A DNA stretch of 64,000 bases from Camelus ferus (taxonomy: Eukaryota). The stretch lies in the NCBI RefSeq assembly GCF_009834535.1, contig NC_045732.1, positions 79,980,001 through 80,044,000 on the forward strand, written 5' to 3'. The notes below the pieces were generated by a model. It made no database searches, was not told where the DNA came from, and saw only the letters and a program-made list of their open reading frames with translations. The position numbers and the translations under genes were made by a program. Of this stretch, positions 1 to 10,700 are shown piece after piece (position 1 is the stretch's first letter; each line of letters begins with the position of its first letter).

Positions 1-1389
1 GAGAGGAGGTGACCGAGAGACCAAGCTAAACCGTGGCACGGTCAGCTCGCCGTCACGCCCTGGACGTGCTCCCCTGGTTCGCTCTGAATCGGCGCCGCCC
101 TGGAGGGCGCTCCCCACTCTGTGCTGTTCCCGGAAACAGATGTGTCCACCGGGACGCGGGGACGGGGGAGCGGGACCCCTGCAGGGAGATGCCTCCCTGG
201 GCTCGGTGACAGAGTCTCAAGGACTTTGGACCTCTAGGACAAGGGGAAGCGGCCTTGCAGGCCGCTGCTCATTCTGGCCCTGCTGATTCTGGATTGTGTA
301 GAGAAATGTGTTTTGAGAGAGCTGGTGAGTGTTCTCCCCGCCTTTGTTCTGGTCAAAACCCCTAGAGGGTCTGAAGAGCATCCAGGAGACGATGTGGGAC
401 GGCTGGAGCGGGCGCTGAGTGCTTGCCAGGGAGTCACCAGCCAGCGACGGCCTGACTCCCGGGCAAGAGGACGTCGGACTCAGAAAGAGCACCGTCTGCC
501 TCGCAGATGACTCTCGCCCTGTTGTAAAGTGTCCCTTGGCTCACGGAGCCGGTGTGTTAGACGTGCCGCACGGCCGCTTCACGTCCCAAGAAAGGGTCCT
601 AACTACAGCCCTGATGGAAGTGAGCAGTGCTGGTGTTCGCTGGGTGGGAGATCTTTTATACATTTGTTGGGGGGGGGGTTGGTCACTTGAGAGTAGGGTT
701 TCCAGTGGTTGCTACCTTCGAGGGTGACGGGCCTCCCCCCAGGCGTTTGACTGCAACCCCCCGTCTCTTCGGAGCCAGGCTGCAGTGCTCTCAGCCCTTG
801 GTGGAGGGGGTGGCCCTACTTTTCGGCGGGCCTCCGTGGGGGGCCCCTGGATCGTGAGCTGGAGACGCTGAGCTGCTGATCAGAAACTTCTGGCATCCTT
901 GGGGGACCCAGGAGGAAGACCCTCCTGCTCCGCGATGCATGAGTAATGGGGGGGAGACACCCCCGAGGTCAGAAGCCAGGCTGTCTGTCCCCTGACGGGC
1001 AGGCCCGGCCCAGCGGACCAGACCTTCCTGGGCTCGCCTCAGTGCTCGCTCCCCACCTCCTTGGGCGGGTGTCCGAGATGCCACAGCTTCAGATGCAAGA
1101 GGCCGATGGGGACCAAAGCCTGCCCCCGGCCGGGGTCTCCAGCCTCCGCGGGCTTATCTGGTGAGAGGTGTGCGGAATCGAACGCGAGAAAGAACACGGA
1201 CCCGCGGGTCTCGCAGATTGTTTATTTAGTCCCGGGGAGTTTTGCTTTTCTTTATTAAAGCCCAAAATGTTCATGGTTACAGGACGGTGCTCTTCGTGTG
1301 TCTCTAGTGGTCTGTGAGCTCAGCGCTTTGGGTTGTTCTGGAACTGTTCGCAGAGAGCACACTTGTAATCTGAAGAGCCCTCGGGCTCT

Positions 1390-1914
1390 TCATCGGCCTC
1401 GGGCCTCCTGGTTGGGGGCCATGAGCAGAAGGGCCGCGAGCAGCATGCAGTAACCCGTGTTGCACGTGGACACCACCGAGCTGGGATCGGGGCAAACGGG
1501 GGGGCTTCTGGGCAGCTCCCCTGCACCGTCCCTTCCGGCAGTAGCCGGGGGCACTAGCGTGACATTCCTGGAGGTGCCCTCCCCACTCGGGCCGCCCTGC
1601 TCGCTGGAGGGACGCTGCACTACCACCAACCTGGCCACCCGGCCGGCAGACAAGACGCCAGGGAGCACGAAGGCCCGGAAGCCGCTGGGCACCTGAGCAC
1701 GGGGGGCTTCCCTCTGGGTCTTCCTGTCGGCATCATTGGTGGAGTCATTCTGATGGAAAAATTGGGTGCATCTCATAGGTGGGACGGCTTGCTTCTTTCT
1801 CTTTGGGGTGGTTGTGCTGGAAGCGGGCCGAGCAGTTGCTCTCGGGTCACCTTTTCTCCGCATGTTCTCGATCAGCAGGGGCTTCTCTCTCTGAAAGTTG
1901 CAGTTGTGGTAGAT
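1390..1914 (-). CDS. HSFX3/HSFX4: HSFX3/HSFX4-type coding exon 2 (left copy); spliced product 339 aa
   Basis: Acceptor tcctttcag|ATC in phase 0. IYHNCNFQREKPLLIENMRRK completes the HSF domain. TGA at 1390-1392; intron 416 nt; AATAAA on - strand at 1251-1256 and 1221-1226. Confidence 0.9.
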   Translation of the reverse strand: MYHNCNFQREKPLLIENMRRKGDPRATARPASSTTTPKRKKQAVPPMRCTQFFHQNDSTNDADRKTQREAPRAQVPSGFRAFVLPGVLSAGRVARLVVVQRPSSEQGGPSGEGTSRNVTLVPPATAGRDGAGELPRSPPVCPDPSSVVSTCNTGYCMLLAALLLMAPNQEARGR

Positions 1915-2330
1915 CTGAAAGGACAAGAATCATTCTCGTCATTTCGGGGGAAATATTCACTCCTCCCCGCCCACCTCCGTCATAAAGGTCTTGTTTGACT
2001 GTGGAGAAAAGGTCTTTTTAAATTCCTGGCAAGTTTTGTTTCGCCCTGGAGTGTGCGCTCACTAAAGCTACGTGGTGCCTGGGCTGAGGTGTCACTCTAG
2101 CTCCCTGACGTGAAGTGGCCCCTGGGTCTTCGGTCACACCCGCAGGGCATCTCTAAGGGGCGAGCCTTCCATGACACGCCGGACTGCCTCAGCCTTCATT
2201 CAGTACTGGCTCACAGGAAAAAAGTCCCCCTCGGGAATGAACCCCGCCCAGCACATCACTCATCCGCTCAGGACTAGGAAGCTGTTCCAGGAACAGAGAA
2301 CTCGGGAGACGGAAGGGCTGTCTACGTTAC

Positions 2331-2825
2331 CATCAGCCTTTTCTTCCCCGGAGAGCGACCCAGAGTGCCGGGCAGGTGTATTTTCCTGAACCCATAGAGG
2401 TTCAGTTGGCGGATGAAGCTCTTCAAGCTGTCTGTTTCAAAGATCCTGTCTGCGCCGCGCCGGCGAAGAACCTCCCGCTGGAAAAGGTCTTCCTCGATGA
2501 TCAGCATGTCTCCCTTGTCGTTCCAGCGCACGGACGTGAAGGCCTCGTCCTCCACTATCATCCAGAGCTTTCTCGGGAAGGAGAGCCCAAGAACACCATG
2601 GGTTCCGTCCACGTTGGCGGGACCTGGGTTTGGGTCCTGTGGTGGCTGGTTGTCTTGGGAGCCTGGATCTTGGCTCTCGGCCTGGTCGCCGGGCCTCTCC
2701 AAAATCTCCCTCGAATCCACCTTTGGATCCGGGGATGAACCCGATGGGGCCCCCGCTGGGGGCTCTCCATCAGCTGCGGGGGCCGCCGTGGCCGTATATT
2801 CCTCGTCGGGGCTCTGACTCGCCAT
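2331..2825 (-). CDS. HSFX3/HSFX4: HSFX3/HSFX4-type heat shock transcription factor, coding exon 1 (left copy)
   Basis: MASQSPDEEY...LSFPRKLWMIVEDEAFTSVRWND...DSLKSFIRQLNLYGFRK is an HSF winged-helix DNA-binding domain with an HSFX3/4-like N-terminus. Donor ATG|gtaacg at 2331/2330; 165 codons. Confidence 0.93.
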
Positions 2826-4668
2826 GCAGCTAGTCTAGACCAGGCACACGCTCTCCCTGAGACCAGATCACTGAGCTCTCAGGGCAGAAGTGCCTTCAAT
2901 CTGAGCAGGGACGCCCAGTAAATAGTGTCCGCAGAATTCTAGAATCTCGGTAGCAGGGCAACCAGCGACTTTGGTCATCGTCCTCTTTATGTGTCACGTG
3001 AGGTCACAGAGTTGGTCTGGACAGGGAGCCCTGGCCGAGGGGAGGGGAGGGGAGGGGAGGGAGGGAGGCGAGGGGTACAGAGCCCCCAGCTTCTCTGTTT
3101 TCTAAAAGTGTAGGAAGGTATGTTCAAGTTCCCGGGAGAAGGCTCCCATCTGCTGCCAGGCACCTTTTTCCCAGGGGCCAGGCCCTGAGTGGGCGGACAG
3201 ACATGATCCTGTTTCCATCCCCAAAGGTTGGGGAGGCCTGTTGCCAGCCTCCGATTTGTTCAAGGGCCAGGCCCTGGCTGGCCCTGGCTTGGCTACCACC
3301 AAGGCGGCAGGGGTGAGATGGGCCCCGGGCGACTGCACCTCCCGGAAGTGGTGGTCCGAGTGGGCTGGTTGGCCAGGGCTGGCTGGCAGCGCCCCCCCCG
3401 CCCCCGCCACCAGCTCCTGCCTTGGTCTCTTCCAGCTGTTCCTCCTGGCTGGTCGGTCCAGCTCTGATGGGCCGTAAGGAAGTGTTCCGTTCTCCTGCCC
3501 CTGGGTCGAGCTGACCCCAGAGTGGGGCTGTGTGGGAGCGTGTGGGGGCACTCCCCACGTCCCACTTCAGTGTCACCAAAGCACCTGGCACATAGGGTTC
3601 CCCCCGTGCCGCGTGAGTGGATGGCCGCATCCTCCCCTGTGCTTTGGAGCCTCCTTTTGAGCTCCGCTGTCCGCAGCCCCACCCCTCTCCAGAGCACATG
3701 GGATCCTCTTTAGTGTCCATTTCTTGCCATAGAAACTCCTCGTGGCCCGAGAGCACTCACTTTCAGAACACCGGCCTTAGCCCGTGCCAGAGCACCTCCC
3801 TCAGACCTCGGATTCAGCCTCCCCTGAGGCTGCTCTAAGGCCCTCTTCCCTCTGTCACTGGGGGGGGGTTAGGCTCCTGCCCTGCCAGATTGCTGGCCTT
3901 CCGCTTCCAACTCGGCTCTGCCCCTGCTTCTTCCCCTTTGCAGTCCTTGATCTGGGGGTTCAGCATGTATTCTGATGTGTTGAGAGCAAGCATTTCCCTG
4001 GTCTGCTCCCAGGCCTGCCCTGCTGGCCTTCCCCGAGCCAGCCCCACCCCCAGCCCTGGGTCCCCGTCCCGCCGTCACCTCGGTGGCAGGTACACTGAAT
4101 AATTTTGCCTGCTCTGGGTGCGGTACTTCTCAAGGGGCCTACTCTACAGACTCACTCCCAAGGACAATTCCTACTTGTTGAGCTGGACGTGACCAACGGA
4201 AAGCCCGTCCACGTGTGACTGAAAATAGATGAGGCTCTGGGTGTGGGATGGGACAAATCCCGCCCGAGAGCCGTCTTCACCACGGATGGCAGGACAGACA
4301 GGACAGTGGTCTGGGGGGACACGTGTTCTGTAGCCGCTGTGGTGGCTGTTCTTCCTAGTCACTGCACAGGGAGAGACAATGGGACCTGGAAAGGCCCGTC
4401 TGCCAGGCTCCTAGGTCCTCATCCCAGCTCTGCCGCTAAGGAGAGGCGTCTGTCCTCTCTGAGGGCCACTCCCTGTTCCAGAAGGGGAGGGCAAGGGGTT
4501 CGAAAGAGATTCTCCCAAGGGGCCCTCGAGTCTGAGGACTGTCAGCCTTCGTGGAGCTCCTAGGCCGAGACTAGAGCTTGGGCTCAGGTCTTTGTGCCTC
4601 TAAACAGGTTTACAGAGCACTTGTTCGGGTCACTCCCTCCTGCAGGGACGTGTCCTTAGAGTTCGAAC

Positions 4669-4768
4669 NNNNNNNNNNNNNNNNNNNNNNNNNNNNNNNN
4701 NNNNNNNNNNNNNNNNNNNNNNNNNNNNNNNNNNNNNNNNNNNNNNNNNNNNNNNNNNNNNNNNNNNN
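4669..4768. other. 100-N gap of unknown size
   Basis: Exactly 100 N. Confidence 0.99.
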
Positions 4769-6330
4769 AGCCCTGGGAGGGCCTGGGTGGGATGAGCACT
4801 CGTGGGGTCCTGACTTCCTGACATCCGGGTCTCGGAGGGACTGGGGTCCTGGGATGAGGGGCGGGGCCTCGGGTGGTCCAAGGGGAGGCCAGTGCTGCCT
4901 GAGTGAAAGTGAGGACCCTGAGGGAGAACAGGGGATCCCGCACCCCGGGACAGTGTTGGTCCTTGGAGACCTTAGGGCAGGGTGACCAGCGGCGGCATTT
5001 CCTGACATCCGGGTCTCACAGGGTCTGGGGTCCTGGGATGAGGGGTGGGGCTTCGAGGGTTCCAAGGGGAGGCTACATACCGCCTGAGTCAAAGTGAGGA
5101 CCCCGAGGGAGAACGGATGGATCCTGCACCCCGGGACAGCGTTGGACCTTGGAGGCCTTGGGGCAGGGTGACCACCGGTGGCATTTCCTGACATCCGGGT
5201 CTCAGAGGGACTAGGGTCCTGATATGACGGGCGGGGCCTCGGGTTGCCAGAAGGTAGACCACATGCTGCCTGAGTCAAAGTGAGGACCCTGAGGGAGGAA
5301 GGAAGGGCCCCGGAACCCAGAAAACAGACCATCCACAGACAGGGAACCTTACTATCAGCTGCCCGGAGGCCCGAGGGCAGGACAGGCCCACGTGTCGTGT
5401 CATGACTGCGGCACCCTGGTCTCAGAGAGACCGGGGACTTTGTGTGAGATGGGGGGACCCTCAGATATTCAGAGGAGAGAATCCGATGTCCCACTGGGAG
5501 TGAAGGTGACGACTGCGAGCGAGCAGTGAGGGACCCTGGACCCTAAAACATAATGAGTCCTGGGAAGCCATAGGTCGGAATAACCAGAGGCGGCATTTCC
5601 TGACATCCGGGTCTCACAGGGACTGGGGTCCTGGGATGAGGGGCGGGGCCACGGGTGGGCAGAGGGGAGACGACATGCCGCCTGAGTGACGACGCTGAGG
5701 GAGAACTGAGGGGACCCGGGATCCAGAAGATAGGCCACCCCACAGAAAGGCGCCCTTGCTATCAGCTGTCCGGAGGCCCGAGGGGAGGACAGGCCCACGA
5801 GGTTTGTCCTGACTTCCGCATCCGGGTCTCAGAGAGACTGGGGACATAGAGAAAGGGAGGCGGGGGGCTCAGGTCTGCGGAGGAGAGAATCTCAGGGCCG
5901 CCTGGGAGTGAAGGTGACGACCGCGAGTTAGCACTCAGGGACCCTGCACCCCAGAAGAGAGTCAGTCCTGGGAGGCCATAGGGCGGGAGGACCTCAGGCA
6001 GCAGTTCCTGAAATGCGGGTCTCAGAGGGACTGGCGTCCTGGTATGACGGGCGGGGCCTCAGGTGGGCTGAGAGGGGAATCTCAACTCCTGCCAAGAGTC
6101 AAGGTGAGGACCCCGAGGGAGGAGTGAGGGGACCCGAGACCCCAGAACAGGGGGACGCAACCGATCCTGCCCCTGCTGGCAGCCCTGGGAGGCCCCCAGG
6201 CAGGATGAGCACACGTGGTGCGTCCTGACTTCCGCATCCAGGTCTCAGAGAGACCTCGGACTGATTATAAGGAGGGCCCCTCAGGTGGTTGGAGAGCCGA
6301 ATCCCAGGTCCCGCTTGGAGTCACGGTGAG
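4769..6330 (+). promoter_or_regulatory. MAGE promoter/first-exon module array upstream of S1 (8 cores, ~200-bp spacing)
   Basis: Repeated TTCCTGACATCCGGGTCTC or GACTTCCGCATCCGGGTCTC (paired ETS GGA cores), GGGGCGGGG GC boxes and GAGTCAA(G/A)|GTGAGG donors. Confidence 0.75.
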
Positions 6331-6701
6331 GACCCTGAGCTAGCGCGGAGAGGGCCTCCCGTGCTAGAAGAGTGGGAACCTGCCAGAGCCCAGGCCTCCC
6401 GCCACCACGCGGGTCCAGGGCTGTACCACAGTGTAGACCCGAGGTCTCCCCTCCTTTCTCTTCCAGGGTCTCCAGACACCGGGATGTGAAAGCCTAGGTC
6501 TGAGACACGTGTCCTCGGGTCACAGAGCACAGGAGGCCGGCAGTGCCGGGTGAGGTGTGGGCCCTGAGTGTGTACCCGGGGGCTCCCGGAACAGACGGGA
6601 ACCCACAAGGCCAACGTCCACTCCACACACCCCCTGTCGCCCCCAGAACCTCGGGCTGGTGCCGGCAGCACCCTGAGGAGTTGCCTCACTTCCCCCGTCA
6701 G

Positions 6702-6770
6702 GTTCACAGACGACCGTCCACCAGGAGGAGAGCCCCTGTGAGGCCGAGGGCACCCCTGAAGAGGAGACCT
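6702..6770 (+). other. Non-coding penultimate exon of MAGE S1 (69 nt), then a 74-nt intron 6771-6844. Homologs at 38115-38183, 26069-26137 and 60746-60814 (all -).
   Basis: ccccgtcag|GTTCAC...GAGACCT|gtaagt and ctctccccag|GCCC; canonical MAGE-A gene architecture. Confidence 0.8.
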
Positions 6771-6922
6771 GTAAGTCGCCTTTGTCAGAGCCCCTCAGGG
6801 TGGGTTTCTCAGCCCAGCCTGCTGACACACCCTCTCTCCCCCAGGCCCTTGGGTCTCCATTTGTCACCCCTTCCCTCGCTCCTCTCGGCTGCCCGACACC
6901 ACTCATCGTGCCCCCCGTTGAG

Positions 6923-7723
6923 ATGAGTGAGCTCCGCAAGGCTGCGGAAGACCTTCAGGACCCCAGAGACTCCCGGGGCCTCATGGATGTTCAGCAGATG
7001 GAGGCTGAGCAGGAGGGGGGCGCATCCCCCTGGTCCTCCTCCTCCTCAGTCTCCTCTTCCTACTCTGCCTGTGCCGTGTCCCTGCTCCATGATGCACAGC
7101 CTTCGATGGTGACTGACCTGGTGGGCTTCCTGCTCCTCAAGTATCACAGGAAGCAGCCGACCACCAGGGCAGAAATGCTGAGTATCTTCCTCAGAGAATA
7201 CCAGCACCACTTCCCTGCGGTCTTCAGCCAGGCCTCTGAGTACATGCAGCTGGTCTTTGGGGTGGATGTGAAGGAGGTGGATCCCGGGGGCCACTGGTAT
7301 GTCCTGGTCCCCACCCTGGGCCTCACCTGTGATGGGATGCTGGGCGATGGGCAGAGCATGCCCAAGAACGGCCTCCTGGTGATGCTCCTTTGCATGATCC
7401 ACCTGGAGGGAGAGCGCCTCCCTGAGGAGGAGGTGTGGGGAGCACTGAGCAAGCTGGGGCTGCGTGCTGGGAGGGAGCACTTCATCTACGGGGAGCCCAG
7501 GGAGCTCATCACCAAAGCGTGGGTGCAGGAGGGGTACCTGGAGTACCGGCAGGTGGCCAACAGCGATCCCGCTCGCTTCGAGTTCCTGTGGGGCCCCCGG
7601 GCCCACGCGGAGATCAGCAAGTTGCAAGTCCTGGAGCATGTACACAGGGCCAGTAGACGGGGTCCCAGTTCCTTCCCATCCCTGTCAGATGAGGCTGCTA
7701 GCGATGAGGAAGAGGAGGCCTGA
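6923..7723 (+). CDS. MAGEA: MAGE-A family protein, short form S1 (266 aa)
   Basis: Complete MAGE homology domain (LVGFLLLKY...FGVDVKEVDP...MPKNGLL...YGEPRELIT...LWGPRAHAE) with acidic tail. First true ATG at 6923 (the upstream homologous start is GTG). AATAAA at 8199-8204. Confidence 0.93.
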   Translation: MSELRKAAEDLQDPRDSRGLMDVQQMEAEQEGGASPWSSSSSVSSSYSACAVSLLHDAQPSMVTDLVGFLLLKYHRKQPTTRAEMLSIFLREYQHHFPAVFSQASEYMQLVFGVDVKEVDPGGHWYVLVPTLGLTCDGMLGDGQSMPKNGLLVMLLCMIHLEGERLPEEEVWGALSKLGLRAGREHFIYGEPRELITKAWVQEGYLEYRQVANSDPARFEFLWGPRAHAEISKLQVLEHVHRASRRGPSSFPSLSDEAASDEEEEA

Positions 7724-10700
7724 GCCAGACTTGCAGCCGGGCTCCTCCAGGCCCCTGTCCAGCAGCTTCTCCTGCCGGGCAGGAAGGGAGTCCATCCTTC
7801 ACTCTGTGTTTGCAGAGCGAGCAGTCAGCCTTGGAAGGAGTGAGGGCCCGGGCCAGCTCGGGGGGCACGGCGTACAGCATCTCTGGGCTCCTCCCGTCCT
7901 TTATGGTGACGTGGAAATTGATCTTTGTTTCCTGTAGGTGTTTTTCAGTGCTGTTCCTATTAATAGAAGATTTAATAAGCTTCAGTATCTAACTTTGTGA
8001 ATGACATTGATCACAACGTGTGTGTGCTTATCCAGTTCAAACACAACAGTTTTCCTCTTCTGTAAAGGAGACTGAAATCTCTCTCTTTTTTTTTTTTTTT
8101 TCTGTCATCCTGGATGACATAATATGGAATTGCAATTCGAATTGTTCGGGAAATGTGAGAGTAATTAGCAATAATATAGATGAGGGAAGATTTAGAACAA
8201 TAAAAGTAAAAATATTAACTCGCTTCTTATCCCTTCTTGTTTGTCATTTTATACGTGTAATATCCCTATGTTTAATTGGATTTCCACGGGTTATTTAAGA
8301 AAGTAGGAGAAAATCAGTCTGAATCAATAGGATCCCCGCTCACCGTCTCACTTCATCCGCACACATTCACCGAGCCTCTGCTCTTCTCTTTGGGAAGCTG
8401 GGGTTGGGGGCGGGGGTCCTTCTGTGGGAGGTGATGGTAATGAAGCTGGGTGGTGGCGGCAGGCAGACGTGCAGACTGGCACTTTTAGTGGTGAGAGGAA
8501 CGTGTCAGGTGGGAGGTTGCTGTGAGCAGTCCCTCTGGGATCGTGGATACATCTCCTGGGCGAGGGGGGAAGATGCACTTTGTTCAGGGATGCTTAGAGA
8601 CCTGGTTATCCTGCCTGAGCTGCTAGGACACTCAGAATGCTCCAACTGCAGGGAGGAGTGGCGTTTGACGTGGCTCACAGTGTACTCCGTCCTGGCATAT
8701 ATAGTTGAAGAGGTTTGGTAACCGCCCCAAACGCGGGGTAGGATTTACTGGGGTGTGTTCTTGGAAACGGTCTGCTGGACACTTACACTGATGGCTCAGC
8801 TCCCCTCGATGGTCAGACTCCAAAGCCATAGGTGCGGAATGGTCCTGGAATTCGCAGGGAGGGAACGCCCGCCGAGGCTGAATACAAAACAGCTCAGAAT
8901 CCTCCTCGGAGATGAAAGATGGTTCTTGGTGGGTATTCTAGCCTGATTTGTAAAGAGAAACTAGTTAACCATCCTTCCTCTGTGTCTAGTCTGCTGCCTG
9001 CCGCACAGGAAGGTCCTGGCTTTCAGGGTCCCTGATGCCACCTGAGCAGGTGCTCGGGCACTTCCGGTCCCGTGGAGGGCTGCTGAGTTTCCGAGGCTGA
9101 GCCTGTGTCCTGGCTTCAGGGCCAGAGAGCACGTTGCCAGCCCGCCGGCCTTGTGGGCGTTACTGCAGAGGGCAGGGCAGGAACGTGCTGTGGAGCCAGC
9201 GGGGTGAACCCTCCCTGCGGACAGGTACTAGGTCCTGCGAGAGCACATCGAATGTTGTATTTGAAAGGACGTGTCACAGGCAAGTGATTAGAGAACGTTG
9301 GAGGATTTCGAGGCACATGTGGCTTCTCAGAAGCTCCTCCAGCGGATGAAGGGAACTGCTTTCATCCCCAATTACACTAGCTGCTTTTCGTCGAGCACCT
9401 AGTACCCAGCGCTGTTCCGGAGAGACCTTGAGTGTGGCCCATGTCTTGTCTTCCTCTCCTTCCTGGACGCTGAGTGGAGGGAATATGAGATTCTTCGTGT
9501 AAACCTACAAATATTTTGTAGTAAAAAGGTGTTAAAGATCACTTTAGTAAATCCGAAGACGGAAAATAAAGTCCGTTTAAGAATCAATAGCACATTGGCC
9601 GGCAAAAAGATACCACGTGCCCTGGCTGCTGGGTTATGTGGAAAGGTATTTGGGGTCCAGGCGGTCCTTACTCCAGGGGCTGAGCTCCCAAAGAAGCAGG
9701 AAATGCTCCTGAGAGACTGTTTGATGCAACCTCGGACCAGGCAAAGTCCCTTCAGGGCCAAGGGGAGGAGCCAGACAGCTCCTCCCAATGGCACAGTCGC
9801 AAGGTGTGTGTGTCTCCTTGGACTGCTGTCTTCCTAGAGCCTTCCAGGACAGCTGTGATGTAGAGACGGGGGAGGAGGGAGGAGCATTTTGGACTGTGGG
9901 CACTGCAGAAGCTGTCTTGGGGGTGGTACGGCAGAGGGACCAGGGAGGGGCCAAGACCCCTGGGAGCAGGAGGCAGGGACACAGCACAGGAGTCTGTAGC
10001 TGAGCTGAAAGGCAAGAACTGCACGAGGACGGTGCACTCCTCTCCCCACTGCCCTCCTCCCGGGATCCACCCCTCTCTCCCTGTTCCCTTACCCACGGGG
10101 CAGGTCAGGCCTGGCCAGGAGGAGGGGATTGACGCGGATGGGGGTCCGGTGCCTGATCTGCTGGGGATGGTGAGAAGAACCTGGATCCAGGAAGCTGTGT
10201 GAGGCAGCAGCCCCAATGGCTCTGTAGAGATTGGAGTGCCCTGTGCCTGGGGTTCAACCCAGGGCTTCCCTGACCCCTGTGGTATATAGCACCTTGGCCC
10301 CACCCTCTCGAACTTGGCCTCACTCTGCCCAGCTTGGGGTTTTATCCTTCCTGTCCATTTACCGACAAGCGCTCAGCCCACGATGGGACCCAGTGGTGAA
10401 GGTTGTCTGCAATCATCTGTAAGTGAAAGTCCCCGGATAGGAATCTTCTTTCACAATCACAAATGATTCAGGTAAGTTGACAGGAGTCGATGTAGCCTGT
10501 TGGTGTCCCAGTGGCTGGTTAATAAGAACCCTTCGCTATGTGAGTAAGTGACAAAATGCTACAATTATCAATCATTCTTCAGATGATTCCCCATGTGATT
10601 CCCAAACTTTGATGAAACTGGTCACCTTGGCTGGGTAACGATGAGAGTTCCTTTCTGAGATTTTTCCTGAAAAGTGGTGCAGGGTTGACCCTTCAGCCAC

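Larger units (their letters stand above)
1..4668. repeat. Inverted repeat arm A-left (partner 54038-58708)
   Basis: Base 1 pairs with 58708 and 4668 with 54038; ORFs mirror with coordinate sums 58706-58709; roughly ten small differences seen. Confidence 0.97.
4769..9195. repeat. Inverted repeat arm B-left (partner 35691-40116)
   Basis: Coordinate sum 44885-44886 for all ORFs; ends at gaacgtgctgtggag. Confidence 0.97.

Noticed and set aside
1061-1130. GCPRC...LQ motif reminiscent of the CXorf49 C-terminus
   Set aside because: It needs a frameshift, is very short and lies in a predicted UTR; probably chance.
6782-6922. N-terminal extensions of the MAGE ORFs (MSEPLRVGF..., MGPECVPGG...) in the ORF track
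   Set aside because: They start at TTG or GTG and run through the 74-nt intron and 5' UTR defined by canonical gtaagt/ccccag sites.
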